Shown: positions 10,947-22,200 of the stretch, piece after piece | Position numbering within the stretch: the first letter of the stretch is position 1 | How the letters are laid out: the number at the start of each line of letters is the position of its first letter | Origin: Schizochytrium sp. TIO01 | Lineage: Eukaryota; Protista; Bigyra: Labyrinthulomycetes | DNA: 64,000 bases | Direction of reading: 5' to 3' | Assembly: GCA_004764695.1 (NCBI GenBank) | Contig: SMSO01000037.1 | Coordinates: 3,262,747-3,326,746 of the forward strand | Translations under genes and position numbers: made by a program | The notes under the pieces: model-generated | Database searches by the model: none | Told to the model about the DNA's origin: nothing | Seen by the model: only the letters and a program-made list of their open reading frames with translations

Positions 10947-11764
10947 AACCGATCCACCCAAAGTAGCCACTGCAACCTGTCACTGTCTTGTCAAGATAAT
11001 GTTCTGCTGATCGTTCTGGGCTACTATGATCATGCTGCTCCTTTCTTCTTCACGAATCCACTCTCAATGGTTTTTTCCAAGTAATGGCTTTTCTTAGGCC
11101 CATATAGGAGAAATGAGAAGCTAAGAATAATTTTTTACAATCTTAAAAGACAATCCTTTCTTCTTCTTTTTTTCAGAAGTTGGTAAAATCACACGAACAA
11201 AATGCCCATCGAAGAATCAAAAGCGCTTCTTACGGTGAACTTAGTCATATCTTGATGCAGATACTTTTTCTGCTTACTCTCCTTCACCCGATTCTTCGGA
11301 CACTGAAGTGTAAGCGATTACTGCACAGTAGTACACATGAGACAAGAAATTTGCATGGAGGGCCTGGTGTAAAGCATTAGGAGTGAGTAGGAATCAAAAC
11401 TCTTTCTTTTTCTTTCCATTCTTATTTTAATCCTACGTACTACTATATGGTGTAAGATTAATAGGCCACTGGGAACTCCATAGCAGTACTTAGTTCGCAC
11501 TCTATATAGAGGATGTAATGCGCTTGGGGCGGCGTGAGTAATCTCGTTGAATAAGGCTGGGTAATCCTGCAAATCCCGAAACAAGAAACCTCAGGACACT
11601 GCTAGATTGAGGGGTCTAGGCGAGGTGCGAGCACGCAGGGACAAAGGGAACAACGAAAATTGCAGAGTTTGAGTGAACTTGCGTAGTCGTGTGCTAGTTG
11701 ATAACTTCCCTCGCAACGTAGACTCAGAGCTGGACTTGAGGAAAGTGCACCTTGACAACTGAAG

Positions 11765-12466
11765 ATGAGCTTTGACTTGAGCCTTGTGGGCTGGAACAAA
11801 TTTCTTGCCACCAGTTCTGGCCGCGACAAGCTTGGCAAGTTTGTGCATTATGGTGCCCGTGGTATTGCTGGATATGCTGCTCAACTGATGCTGAAGTACC
11901 CTAAAGGATCCGCAGAGTATGCCAAAGCTGCCTTCATTCAGGAGAAAGCTCGTGCGCTCTTTGTTCGCCTGATGGACTCGCGTCGTACAAACCGATGGCT
12001 CTCAAGCATCCCTATCATCATTGCTTTGCGAAGTGGAAAGTGCCCCTGGCGCGAGGATGCCTCAGTCGCCTATATAGTGGCACAGCTTGGCATGGTTTGG
12101 TGGCATGTGATTGACCATATTCGCTGGCTTCAACAAATTGGCTGGGTGTCTGGTGATCAAAACAATTCCAAGCGTATTAGTTTTAGGGGATTTGTGCTCT
12201 CAAGTCTCATCAACACCTGGTATGTGCTCACTGAGATTCAGCGTGAATTGACACCTGGTGGCGACGGAAAGGAGGATAAAAAGGCTGAGAAGGAAAAATT
12301 CATGCGCCGTCTTAACCTCGTGAAGCACCTGGCAACTGTAATCAGCACCCTCCATGTCAGTGAGCTCTTCCTTTCTTCAGAGCCAATCTGCGGTGCGTGC
12401 GGCGCGTTGGCAAGTGTGATTGACATTTACCAAATGTTTCCGCGTGTTGCAAACAAGGAGGACTAG
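11765..12466 (+). CDS. PEX11: Peroxisomal membrane protein PEX11 family
   Basis: 233 aa. N-terminal FLATSSGRDKLGKFVHY motif, an amphipathic helix (MDSRRTNRW), DHIRWL, and C-terminal CGACGALASVI hydrophobic segment typical of PEX11. Confidence 0.85.
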   Translation: MSFDLSLVGWNKFLATSSGRDKLGKFVHYGARGIAGYAAQLMLKYPKGSAEYAKAAFIQEKARALFVRLMDSRRTNRWLSSIPIIIALRSGKCPWREDASVAYIVAQLGMVWWHVIDHIRWLQQIGWVSGDQNNSKRISFRGFVLSSLINTWYVLTEIQRELTPGGDGKEDKKAEKEKFMRRLNLVKHLATVISTLHVSELFLSSEPICGACGALASVIDIYQMFPRVANKED

Positions 12467-12650
12467 AACTGAGCGTATGAGAACAAGAGCACTTCGTTTT
12501 AATGCGTGGACTCAATCCTATGAAGACCAACCATGTTCAAGGTTAATCATATAAACAAATACATAATTATATCTTGTTATCTTCATTACTTAAATTTAGT
12601 TGTGTCTATATTATTTATTTATTTCATATTTATGCCATGTTCGCGAGCTA

Positions 12651-14422
12651 TTATCGACGAAATGCAGCAAATGATCGAGAAACAACTTGTCTATCCTGTT
12701 GCACTTCTGCTTGTGAAATTCCAACCTTGTCGAGGTTGTAATGGTGGTCGCGCTGATGCTTCGGTGTTCTCTGGCGGGACGAGTTACGACTGCGATGCAT
12801 AAGATGTGCAGAACCCTCTTCGAGTTCTCCTTGAGCCGCTGTTACAAGAGCACGCGCGAAAGCTTTGCGCGTCCGCTCATCTGCAGAACGAACAGGCACC
12901 TCAAGAGCTAGACCTCCGAGTTCGGTAAGTTGTGTAGCATTAAGAAAGGCTTCCTCAAGACGACCTTCCTGACGTCGCACTCGGCTTGCGAGATTATAGG
13001 TTTTTTCATAAGCTAGCTCGGCATGTTGTGCCGTCAAATGAACGCTTTGCCGAACTATAGATCGTTCACGAAGCTTGCGCTGTCCAAAGTGAAGAACCCC
13101 AGCAACCTCATTATTGTGGCTTTTGTTGGATGACTCTGGTCTCCCAACTGTGAAATCTCCAATCCCAATCCAAAATGCACGTTGAACTTCAGCTGATGGG
13201 CATACATCATTCTCCCAGAGTTTTCGTGCATTAACAACTCTACTAGCTTCTTTTGTGTTTTTCCGCAGCGCTGCTAAGTCCTTTAATAACTTTCTCTTTA
13301 CACTATATTTGTCCATCTCCGCCTCCTTTGTACTGTGTGGTATAAAGTGCTTTTCAAAATCCACATGGCCAGAAATTGAACCTCGTCCTATATTTGACGA
13401 GCGTTTTCGCACCATAGAAGGCTTCCGCACTTGTTGTGTGACCTGACGATGGCGAATCTGAGCATCTCGAAAGTTTAATATTTTTTCGGACACTCTCGCT
13501 GTCGCAGTTTTCTTAAATTCTAGGTTATCCATGTCCCTTATGAGGTTTCGATTTTCGATCCACGATGCTTTGAGGCGAAAATGACATCGACTATGCCCGT
13601 GAATGCCAATGTAGAGATTATTTGATTTAAATTTTGGATCCCCCTGTTGAACATGAACCACGTCATTGCCTTCAGAAGCAGAACGCCAGGTGTGATGACT
13701 TTTGCTTGGCTTTGGATGAGTTTGACAAACATAGAGATCGGGATCACCTTCAATAGCTTGCAGGATCACTTTGAAGCCAACTCCGCCTTGTTCAAATGGC
13801 AAGCGGTAGAATCGAGTTTCCCCTTGAAAGGCACTATCTTTGATCTCATATCCACTCTCTAGATCTTGAGGTGGTGTTGGGTGCATCTCTGCGGTAAGGG
13901 TCTTTAACTTGCTAGTGAGATGTAGTAACTCCTTTGTGAGTTCTGGACAGGCAGCTTTGCCTTGCTCAGATAATAAACGCTCCAAATTTGGTCTTCCACC
14001 AGCAACGTCATCGTCGCTAGATTTGTCAAGCCGAGCAAGTCTTTCTGCAAGCTCGTTGTTGACTGCGCTGGTGGCTGACGCAAAAGTAAAATTTCTTATA
14101 GGAGTTGATATCTCCTGATCTGTGTTTTCCTGATTGCTTTCATTTTTTGAAGACTCGTTTTTATCGCAGCTAGAATTGGATATACCCTGGCTTCTGTAAT
14201 AGTGATTTGGAAGCAAGGCTTCAGCAAGCTTAACTGTTGGTTTTAATTTAAGACGCTCCGCATGCGCAAGTCTAATCTCTTCGTTCTGTTAGGATTGAAG
14301 TTAGTTAAGTTCATCTCTTCAGTTTGAAATAACGTCAAGAAAGCATTAGGACGTACCAGTATGGACGAGTCAGCAGCACGATCAATGTCAACCTTGGCGA
14401 GGGTTAGGTCAGCCAAAGCCAT
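12651..14422 (-). CDS. Hypothetical protein with a PPC-like (pre-peptidase C-terminal-like) beta-sandwich; 2 exons (14422-14357, 14285-12651)
   Basis: ATG at 14422, GTACGT donor at 14356 and CTAACAG acceptor ending at 14286 join in frame with the 521-aa ORF. Contains FKVILQAIEGDPDLYV...NDVVHV...LYIGIHG, a PPC-like signature. Confidence 0.75.
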
Positions 14423-14819
14423 CTCGTTTTATTCGATTAATGTCTGTCTACAGCTCTTCTTTCTCTTAGCAAATCATGCCTTGCTAGTATTGCTCCTGTC
14501 GCCTGAAACAATATAAAGATCTTTCTGCACAACACTGGCTGGGCGACGCCTACGTCGGAGGGTTTTGCCTCAATAAAAGCTTCTGGCCGAGTTATGCAAG
14601 CAAGGCGTAGCTATCTAACCGTAGATATTCAGATTCGTGTGCGTACCCAGGTAAAACATGACCTGCGAAACGGAACTCCGAAGGGCCTCATATTGTGCCT
14701 TTTTAAATTGACCTCCGTGAGGTACACACCTTTTTAATGCATTGTATTTCAGTCTGATGCTTAAACTCATTCAAACTTTGCGGAGACTTCCGTACCAGGA
14801 GTTGAGCTAAGCTGGAAGG

Positions 14820-15251
14820 ATGCCGCCCCGGAAGAGGCGGCCTGGACGGCGTGAGACAAAGGTGCTGGCAGCTGCCTCAGCACTAGACGATGGTGGCCGT
14901 GCACAGCCTCTTGTGTCAAAGCTTTGGGGTTTTCAGTGTCGCTTTGACGCCAGCGAAGACCTCCAGCGGGCAGCTCTAGGCGCGAGAAGAGCAACGGAGT
15001 GTGTGGAGCTATCGGCTATGAGACAAGAAGAAGCTTTATCCCAAGACCTTCGAAGACGGGAATTGAAGTCAGACTACTACATACTTGTTAAACTTGTGCA
15101 TCGTTACGGGGCATGTCCTGGAGATATTTATTGCTCTACAACAACTCCTGGCGAGGCGTATTCCAATTTTCTTAACTCAAAGTCGAGCATGTTGGCTTGT
15201 TGGTGGCGTAAACAACGAAGGAGACAGTCAGCTACCGAACGAGTAAAGTAA
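14820..15251 (+). CDS. Possible short orphan protein (143 aa), unverified
   Basis: ATG-initiated ORF with an NLS-like MPPRKRR start, divergent from the 14422 gene. No recognisable domain. Confidence 0.25.
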   Translation: MPPRKRRPGRRETKVLAAASALDDGGRAQPLVSKLWGFQCRFDASEDLQRAALGARRATECVELSAMRQEEALSQDLRRRELKSDYYILVKLVHRYGACPGDIYCSTTTPGEAYSNFLNSKSSMLACWWRKQRRRQSATERVK

Positions 15252-15639
15252 GTCGCATGACAACTTGTCACTTAGATAAGAGCATGCAGATGCATGGACA
15301 TATTCTCAGGACAATTTGTTTCAGGCATTGAATGATAAAAACGAGGTTATCCTTCATCGTGCAAATTTTGATACGAGAAGTATATATTGATGAGAGATGA
15401 GGCAAAGAACTTTGTAGCTCATTAAACTGCAATATGGTTTTTGGTGTTTATGTGTATAATTTGAGTAGAGACACAACTATCATCGGTGACACGACAACAC
15501 ACGTCAACAGATGCACTATGCTGAAACGTCAGTTACGTAAAGCATGAGCAGAGTAGGTCCGAGCAAGAAAGCTTCTCTAATTAGACATCGCAAGAGATGG
15601 CATGCAAAGAAAAGCAAGTATAGTATAACCTTGTTTCAC

Positions 15640-16507
15640 TTATCGCTTGCCCTTCTTCTTTTTCTTGCTTGCTCCAGATGCGGGAGCTTGTGTGGTAGTT
15701 GGTCCCTTTGCATTACCTCCCTTGTTCTGTTTAGCAATGGCCTCTTCCAGACGTTTTTGGTGCTCTTCGCGTGCTTGCATACGCTGCTGGCGGATCTTGC
15801 AGTTAGGGATAGCCTCTGCACAATATTTTAACAATGATTGCTTGGTCGGGAAGTCTAAGTGCTCCGGGATCTGGCTGTCTATTTTGCGATACTTGACGCG
15901 AAGGCGACCAGTGCGACGAGTAGGGTCCCTCGGATGAGCCTTGCCACGCTGTGTGCGATTCACAATTTAATAATAAAGGATCAAATCAAATGCATCGAAA
16001 GAAAGAGTCAGTGTGAATCACTAGTAGTGCATCATAACAGCAAGTTCAATTGTATGATTTGTGAACCTGCTTGAAATTTCTCTATGTCAAAGACAAAAGA
16101 TTGGGAAGAAACCTTCTACTTACCTCAAGGACCATGGTAAATTTGGCCTTTTCAAACAAAACAGACGCCATCTCTTCTGCTATCGGGAATTCACAGCAAT
16201 TCTCTTTCGGCAATTTGCGTCCTTCAGCAACTGACTTAGCGGAGTCGATGTAAATAGGGTAAAGTGTACACCACTCGCCGGTGGTAAAGTCCATATTTTT
16301 CACCTGCTGCTGCATGCGTTGCTGTCTTTCAATCGCCGCTGCGTGCTCCATACGCTCCTCCTCCATAGCGTCCACAGGTACTCCCATGTGAGCGGCCATT
16401 TCTTCATTGCTCATGGGCTTGCCACCAGGCATGCCGGGCATTCCAGGCATTCCAGGCATTCCAGGCATGCCGGGCATGCCGGGCATTCCTCGCATTCCAG
16501 GCATCAT
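15640..16507 (-). CDS. SRP19: Signal recognition particle 19 kDa protein; 2 exons (16507-16124, 15948-15640)
   Basis: WCTLYPIYIDSAKSVAEGRKLPKENCCEFP...E|RGKAHPRDP...GRLRV...TKQSLL matches SRP19/Sec65. GTAAGT donor at 16123 and CAG acceptor ending at 15949 are both phase 0. Lysine-rich C-terminal tail. Confidence 0.93.
16424..16504 (-). repeat. 9 x 9-bp repeat encoding (MPG)n at the SRP19 N-terminus
   Basis: Translation MPG-MRG-(MPG)7. Confidence 0.9.
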
Positions 16508-19290
16508 CTTGCTTTCCAACCTAATCTAAAATTCAGCTGATCCGTTTGACCTTCGCTTTTGCAGGTATACTCGGACGAGACCAACGTTTATGTATGAGGA
16601 TGTCTTAACTCTCCAAAAGACTCTAATCAGCGACTCTGTGACTGAGCAAGCACCTGCAAGAGCCCAGAGTAGACAACCTGGACAAGGATGCGCTGCTGAG
16701 TTGGCAGCTCTCCCAGCAAGTAAGCGTCAGCACAAACAATCACTGGCGTCGAGCGAAGTCCCTCCGGCAAGGAGACTTCTTTCTCTTTCGACAACGGTCT
16801 GGGTCGGCCAATCGACGTAGGAGAAGGCAAGCAAGACCTTCGTAGTTTGAAGTTCGCGCGATTGTCTCCAGACTTCTTCTTGTTTCTTTCTCTTTTCTAT
16901 CTCTCGTGTCTTTCTCTTTTGCCTGGGTCTAATTAAACCTTATAAAATGCGGTCGTATCGCGACACACAAAGTAAATTTGGCCCCCTTTCTTACATGGAA
17001 TCCACGTATGGAGGCTTTGAATGTGCAGCTCACTGCAATAAAGTGTTCTAGGTACAGTGTAATGGTGCGCAATAATGTCGAGAAAAGAAAAGTATAGGGC
17101 TATTTATGTTTCGTTATTTTCCAGGGAAGACTTATTTAACAAATGGTATAGCTCCCCCAAGAGTAGGTTCTAGGTATCACTGTGATGATACAGTGTGATT
17201 GAATTTTTGCTTGAATTTGGGTCCGCTATTTTGCTTAAATACGAATAAGATTTTGGAAACATCGCAGACAAATACAGGAGAACAAGCTCTGCAATAACTC
17301 AGTCGCATTCTGGTTCGTATGATAATTATTTGCATATTAAGTGAGCCTGAATGCCGCGAGATTTGAAGTATTCAAGCAACCAAGAGATCTGTTAAAAGAG
17401 ATAATTTAGTGCAAAATCATGAGAGAGTGCATTGGCATGAGACTGATATGCATGATAAATGTGGAAGACATGTGCTTTAATTCCAACTGATTTGTTGGAA
17501 ATTATTGCCATGAATTCTAAATTTTTACATTTGCTCAAACCCTGTTCAATTTCAGTCATCACATATGGGTTTAGACACTGATTCGAGAGCCTAGTATTGT
17601 AGTCATATATTTGAGGAAATTCGCTCAGATCAGAATCAATGGTACTTGACATCAGCTTGAATTTATGAGCATTGATGTTAAAATTGTCTCGAGATAGTTC
17701 GAGATCAACTGATTCTAATTAACTGCTGCTACAAAATTAATTGCATAAAGAATCGCAGCATACAAATATAGCGACCAGGAAGAGAAGGGGGTTTACGGCT
17801 CGAGCGGAAGCAACTTCCAGAGAGACCTTCCGTTTCACTAGAGAATTGTGCTTTCGATTCAATATAGATTTGCATGATGATCCTAAGGTATGATATATGT
17901 AACATTAAGAGTAAAATAGTTATAGTAGGTGTATATCAGAAACTATAGTAGTGATGATACGTTCCTGATAGTTCCGACGGTGCGTTCCCGAGCACCACCG
18001 ACTCCTTGTAAAGAGGGCAGGAGTAAGCACGACTAAGTCTACTACTATGAGCCACAAAGCAAAGCAACATCTCAGCAAATGGCCGCTCCCAAATGAAGAT
18101 TTCGTGTTGCCTCCTAGGCAGTAAGTACATATAAGTTGAAAGTTCTATGAAGCATATTATAACACAAAAACTTATACAATACAAGCCTGATTTATTCACA
18201 TTTTAATAGACAACAACGAGCAGTTGCATGTGCTAGGTTGTATTTCTTGTGTGGAGGATCTTAGGTAGCACTGATTTTGCAGGTTTGCAGCTTTATTTTC
18301 GAAACGATTGGAGTTTGGAAATAACTAACCTGGGTGAAAAGACAAAACTCTTTGCAGGAAATTTAGTGATAGCTCATCCGTAACCAAGGCTGAGGGTTGA
18401 TATCGTCATTCCCCAATGTTTTCCAGCGGTCAATACGTGACATTTGTCGAAGGCACGAAACATCGACTCGCCCTCTATGTTACTACCGTGCACGATATCG
18501 ATCGAGCACCGGCACAACCCCAATTTTTTCTGGCAAGAGCTGTCACGCTCCCTTTCTTGAAATTGCCACGTTTTATGACCCTTTCGCAGCCTTCGGTAAT
18601 TCCTATTCTAGCCCTTCAGGCCTTCTATCTCTGCTACTCTACTGGCTTCTGTTGGGCTTTTTGCTGCAACCCCGGCATCCACTTTGCGAGGCCTGCGCTC
18701 CCATCGTCCCTGTGGTCGGTAAAACCCACTCAAGCACAGTACCGTGCACGATAATGTTGCATAGTATCACAATTGATTTGCAAGAGGAGGAAAGAAACAA
18801 AGAGATTGCTTGAAGTGTCTAAGGTAATGGGTAGTAATGCCCATTTATTAGGAACTCTAGCAATGTCTACATTCGTACTAATAGCACCTATATGTTATAT
18901 GGTTAGAAAGGAGAATGAGCGACTTCGAATTCATTGATTCAAAACCGCGACAGCCCGGTCTTGTGACTGCGTCCTCCGCGGGTCTTCGCGGGAGATCTGT
19001 GGCTGGCAGTATAGCTGCTGGCTACTGGCTGGAGGGACAGTTCCGGCCACCGCTGGCGTCTTTCCTCTGCTGCTGTGTGCCGCCCTGAGCAAGGCGTGCC
19101 ACGGCAGAGTCCGTTTTGAAGAGTGGAAATCTAGCCATTTTCAAACTTGGACCTGGCCGGTCTTTGCTGTGCTTGTGACTCGAAGTCTTCGCTTCCTCTC
19201 TTGTTTGTGAGAAGGGAGATATCGGTCCCTAGATCAAAACTAATCGCACTGGCTAATTTCCAAGGACACGGACATTTTGATCTAGACGCA

Positions 19291-22200
19291 ATGGCCAAAT
19301 CCAAGGTGAAAGATGAGTTAGACGAAAAGTCCAAGGTCAAGGTCAAGTCCACGAAGGAGGTTGCTACAAAGAAGAAATCCAAGACGAGTTCAAAATCAAC
19401 AGCATCAGAATCTGACGCTAAAACTAAGTCCAAGTCGAAGAAATCCTCATCGACATCCAAAAAAGTATCCAAGAAGGCTGAGCCGGTTGCGGAGGGGGTC
19501 AACACGAAAGTTGACGCCAACGCAATTATCGATACAAAGCCAAATGCAGATGAAAATTCGTCTTCCACGATTGAAGATGTGACTGCTGCCGCTGCTGCCA
19601 CGGCAGCTTCCGCAGTTACAGCAACTGCAGAGGCAATTGCTGAGAATGCCTCGGGTGAGTCTATTGCAGTACAAGCACCGCCGACACCACAATTAGTGAA
19701 AAGTTCTGAAGAAGAATTTCAAGGTCCTCTGGAGGAGGAAACTACAACTTCAAAGGCCAGCACTTTGCCTACTATTGCACAGGAAGGTGCTGTGGAGACT
19801 AGGTCATCTGAGGAGCTTTTGCAGACCCCCCAAGATGTGAATGACGACAGCAAAAATGAGGCAGTGGATGCTTCTGAGGCGTTCGCAGCAGTGCCAGTAG
19901 AAAACTCTGCAACCGCAGATGAGCAAAGTTTGACTGAAGATATCCAGCCAGTCCTAAGTGAGACTTCAACAATGGAGGCCAAGGCTGAGGAAGCTGAGCA
20001 GGCACCCAAAAATGGAGCAAATGCGACTGAGCTAGAATTAGCTTCAGAGAGCATCAGAGAGTCTAAAGCAGGCTCCGCTAAGAGTGACGAAGAAGGGTCT
20101 GAAGAAGAGTCTGGCAATGGCGATGAGAAAAATTCTGAAGGTGGGTCTGACAACGAGGAAGAAGAATCTGACAATGCCGAATCTGAAGCCGAATCTGGCT
20201 CGGGTGATGAGCATAATGCCAAAGAGGACTCCGAAGAAGAGAATGCCTCCGAAGAGGAGGAAGGCTCTGAAGAAGAGGAGGGCTCTGAAGAAGAGGAGGG
20301 CTCTGAAGAAGAGGAGGGCTCTGAAGAAGAGGAGGGCTCTGAAGACGAGGAGGGCTCTGAAGAAGAGGAGGCTCTGAAGAAGAGGAGGGCTCTGAAGAAG
20401 AGGAGGGCTCTGAAGAAGAGGAGGGCTCTGAAGAAGAGGGGGGCTCTGAAGAAGAGGAGGGCTCTGAAGAAGAGGAGGGCTCTGAAGAAGAGGAGGGCTC
20501 TGAAGAAGAGGGGGGCTCTGAAGAAGAGGAGGGCTCTGAAGAAGAGGGGGGCTCTGAAGAAGAGGAGGGCTCTGAAGAAGAGGAGGGCTCTGAAGAAGAG
20601 GAAGGGCTCTGAAGAAGAGGAAGGCTCTGAAGAAGGGAAGGCTCTGAAGAAGAGGAAGGCTCTGAAGAAGAGGAAGGCTCTGAAGGAGAGAAAGAGTCTG
20701 GCGATGAGCAGTCAAAGGATGGATCTGGATCTGAATCTGGATCTGGGTCGGAAGATAATGAAGAAGAAGCGGCAAATTCTGAGGATGAGGGCTCATCATC
20801 TGAAGAAGGGTCAATCTCTGGCCCTGGCGGTGATGATGGAGAGGAAGAGGAACATTCAGCTTCTGGGTCTGAAAACTCCAATTCTGAGGGCACAGATAGT
20901 GACGATGAGGTGGAAGTTCCCCTCGAGGTTTCTGACGACGATAGTGAAGAAGGAAATGAACAGGAATCAGGATCTGATCAAGACAGTGACTTGGGCTCAG
21001 AAGAAGGGTCTGTATCAAATTCTGGTGAAGAAGAATTTGAGGATGTCGAAGCCCAAAAAGATAGTGCATCCTCATCATCAGAGGAAGAGGAGAGTGACGA
21101 AGAAGACGAAGATGACAACACATCTGGCTCAAACTCTGGATCTGGATCTGATAGTGAGCATGAGGAGCAGGACAAATTAGAGCGCGGCAAACTCTCAGAA
21201 AGAGGTGGGCTTAAGCTCCGTAAGAATGCACAAAAGAAACCTGCGGTTCGCTCTGTAAAATCATCCCGTTCCGTGAAATCCAAAAAGGGCGCTGGTCGAT
21301 TCAACCGAATCAAAGAACTCCTGGCGGTGCCCGCAACTTTGTTGAAAAGTGGAGCCCATATCCGCGCAACTATGCAATTGAAAAAAGACATTGAAGAAAT
21401 TAAACGTTGGTGGAAAACAAGGGGCAAACGGTTGCCTGTGAAGAAGGGAAAGAAAGGAAAGAAGGGCGCCGCTGTGGCTGACCCGATGCCTAAGTCAGTT
21501 AAAATTGCAATTGCGCGCATTGCTGGACTTTTCTTCCTTGTCTTGGCTTTGCTAGGTGGATTCTTTGGTACGGTGTCAGTATTGGCCTTGGGCTCTGGTT
21601 CCGGAAGCAAATCTCGCAATGCTGGACCCAGCTATGACCCACGCTGGTTGCAACCTGGTATTGACGCCGATTCATTAATGGATCTAATTCATATTCATGA
21701 GCACAAAATTACAAACGAGTCGACTGTCAAGATCAAGCGTCTTCCAGGTCTTGATCCTCCACAATACATGTCCAAGACAGCGGCAGATCTGGTGCAGATT
21801 CGTCGGCCTGCTGTTCGCAAGATGCGTCCGGAGGATACTCGTGCGGTGCGTACTTTTGGTTGTCTGCGTGACGGTTGCCGTGGTCTCGCTATCGAAGACC
21901 TTCTTGATCGTGGTTGGCAAATGCGTTTTCGCGCGGCCCAGAACGGTGATACATATAAAAGTATCAACTATCGAGTCACTTTCTTGCTTACTGATACCAC
22001 CCAGCTCAACCATATGCAAAAGCTACGCCCTGACCTCTACAAGAATATCTATGAGGAGTACGAAGGAAAGAGTTATCTCACGGCCTTTCAGGGTGGTGAC
22101 GCAATTGGTGGAAATAAAGGTCAGCAGCTCAAGGTCAAGGAAAGCTTTGTCAAAAAATATGGTTGTAAGTACAATGACCTTGGTATCTCTCCTATGTCTT

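Noticed and set aside
20263-20690. Regularly spaced repeat as a CRISPR array
   Set aside because: The units are contiguous with no unique spacers, they encode GSEEEE, there are no cas genes, and the context is eukaryotic.
20044-21132. Minus-strand (LQSPPL)n and (SSSEP)n ORFs
   Set aside because: These are antisense shadows of the low-complexity repeat.
19147-21180. 677-aa ORF with (ALKKRR)n as a separate histone-H1/protamine-like protein
   Set aside because: The basic part is the shifted reading of the acidic repeat. The acidic frame continues into the TTL ORF.
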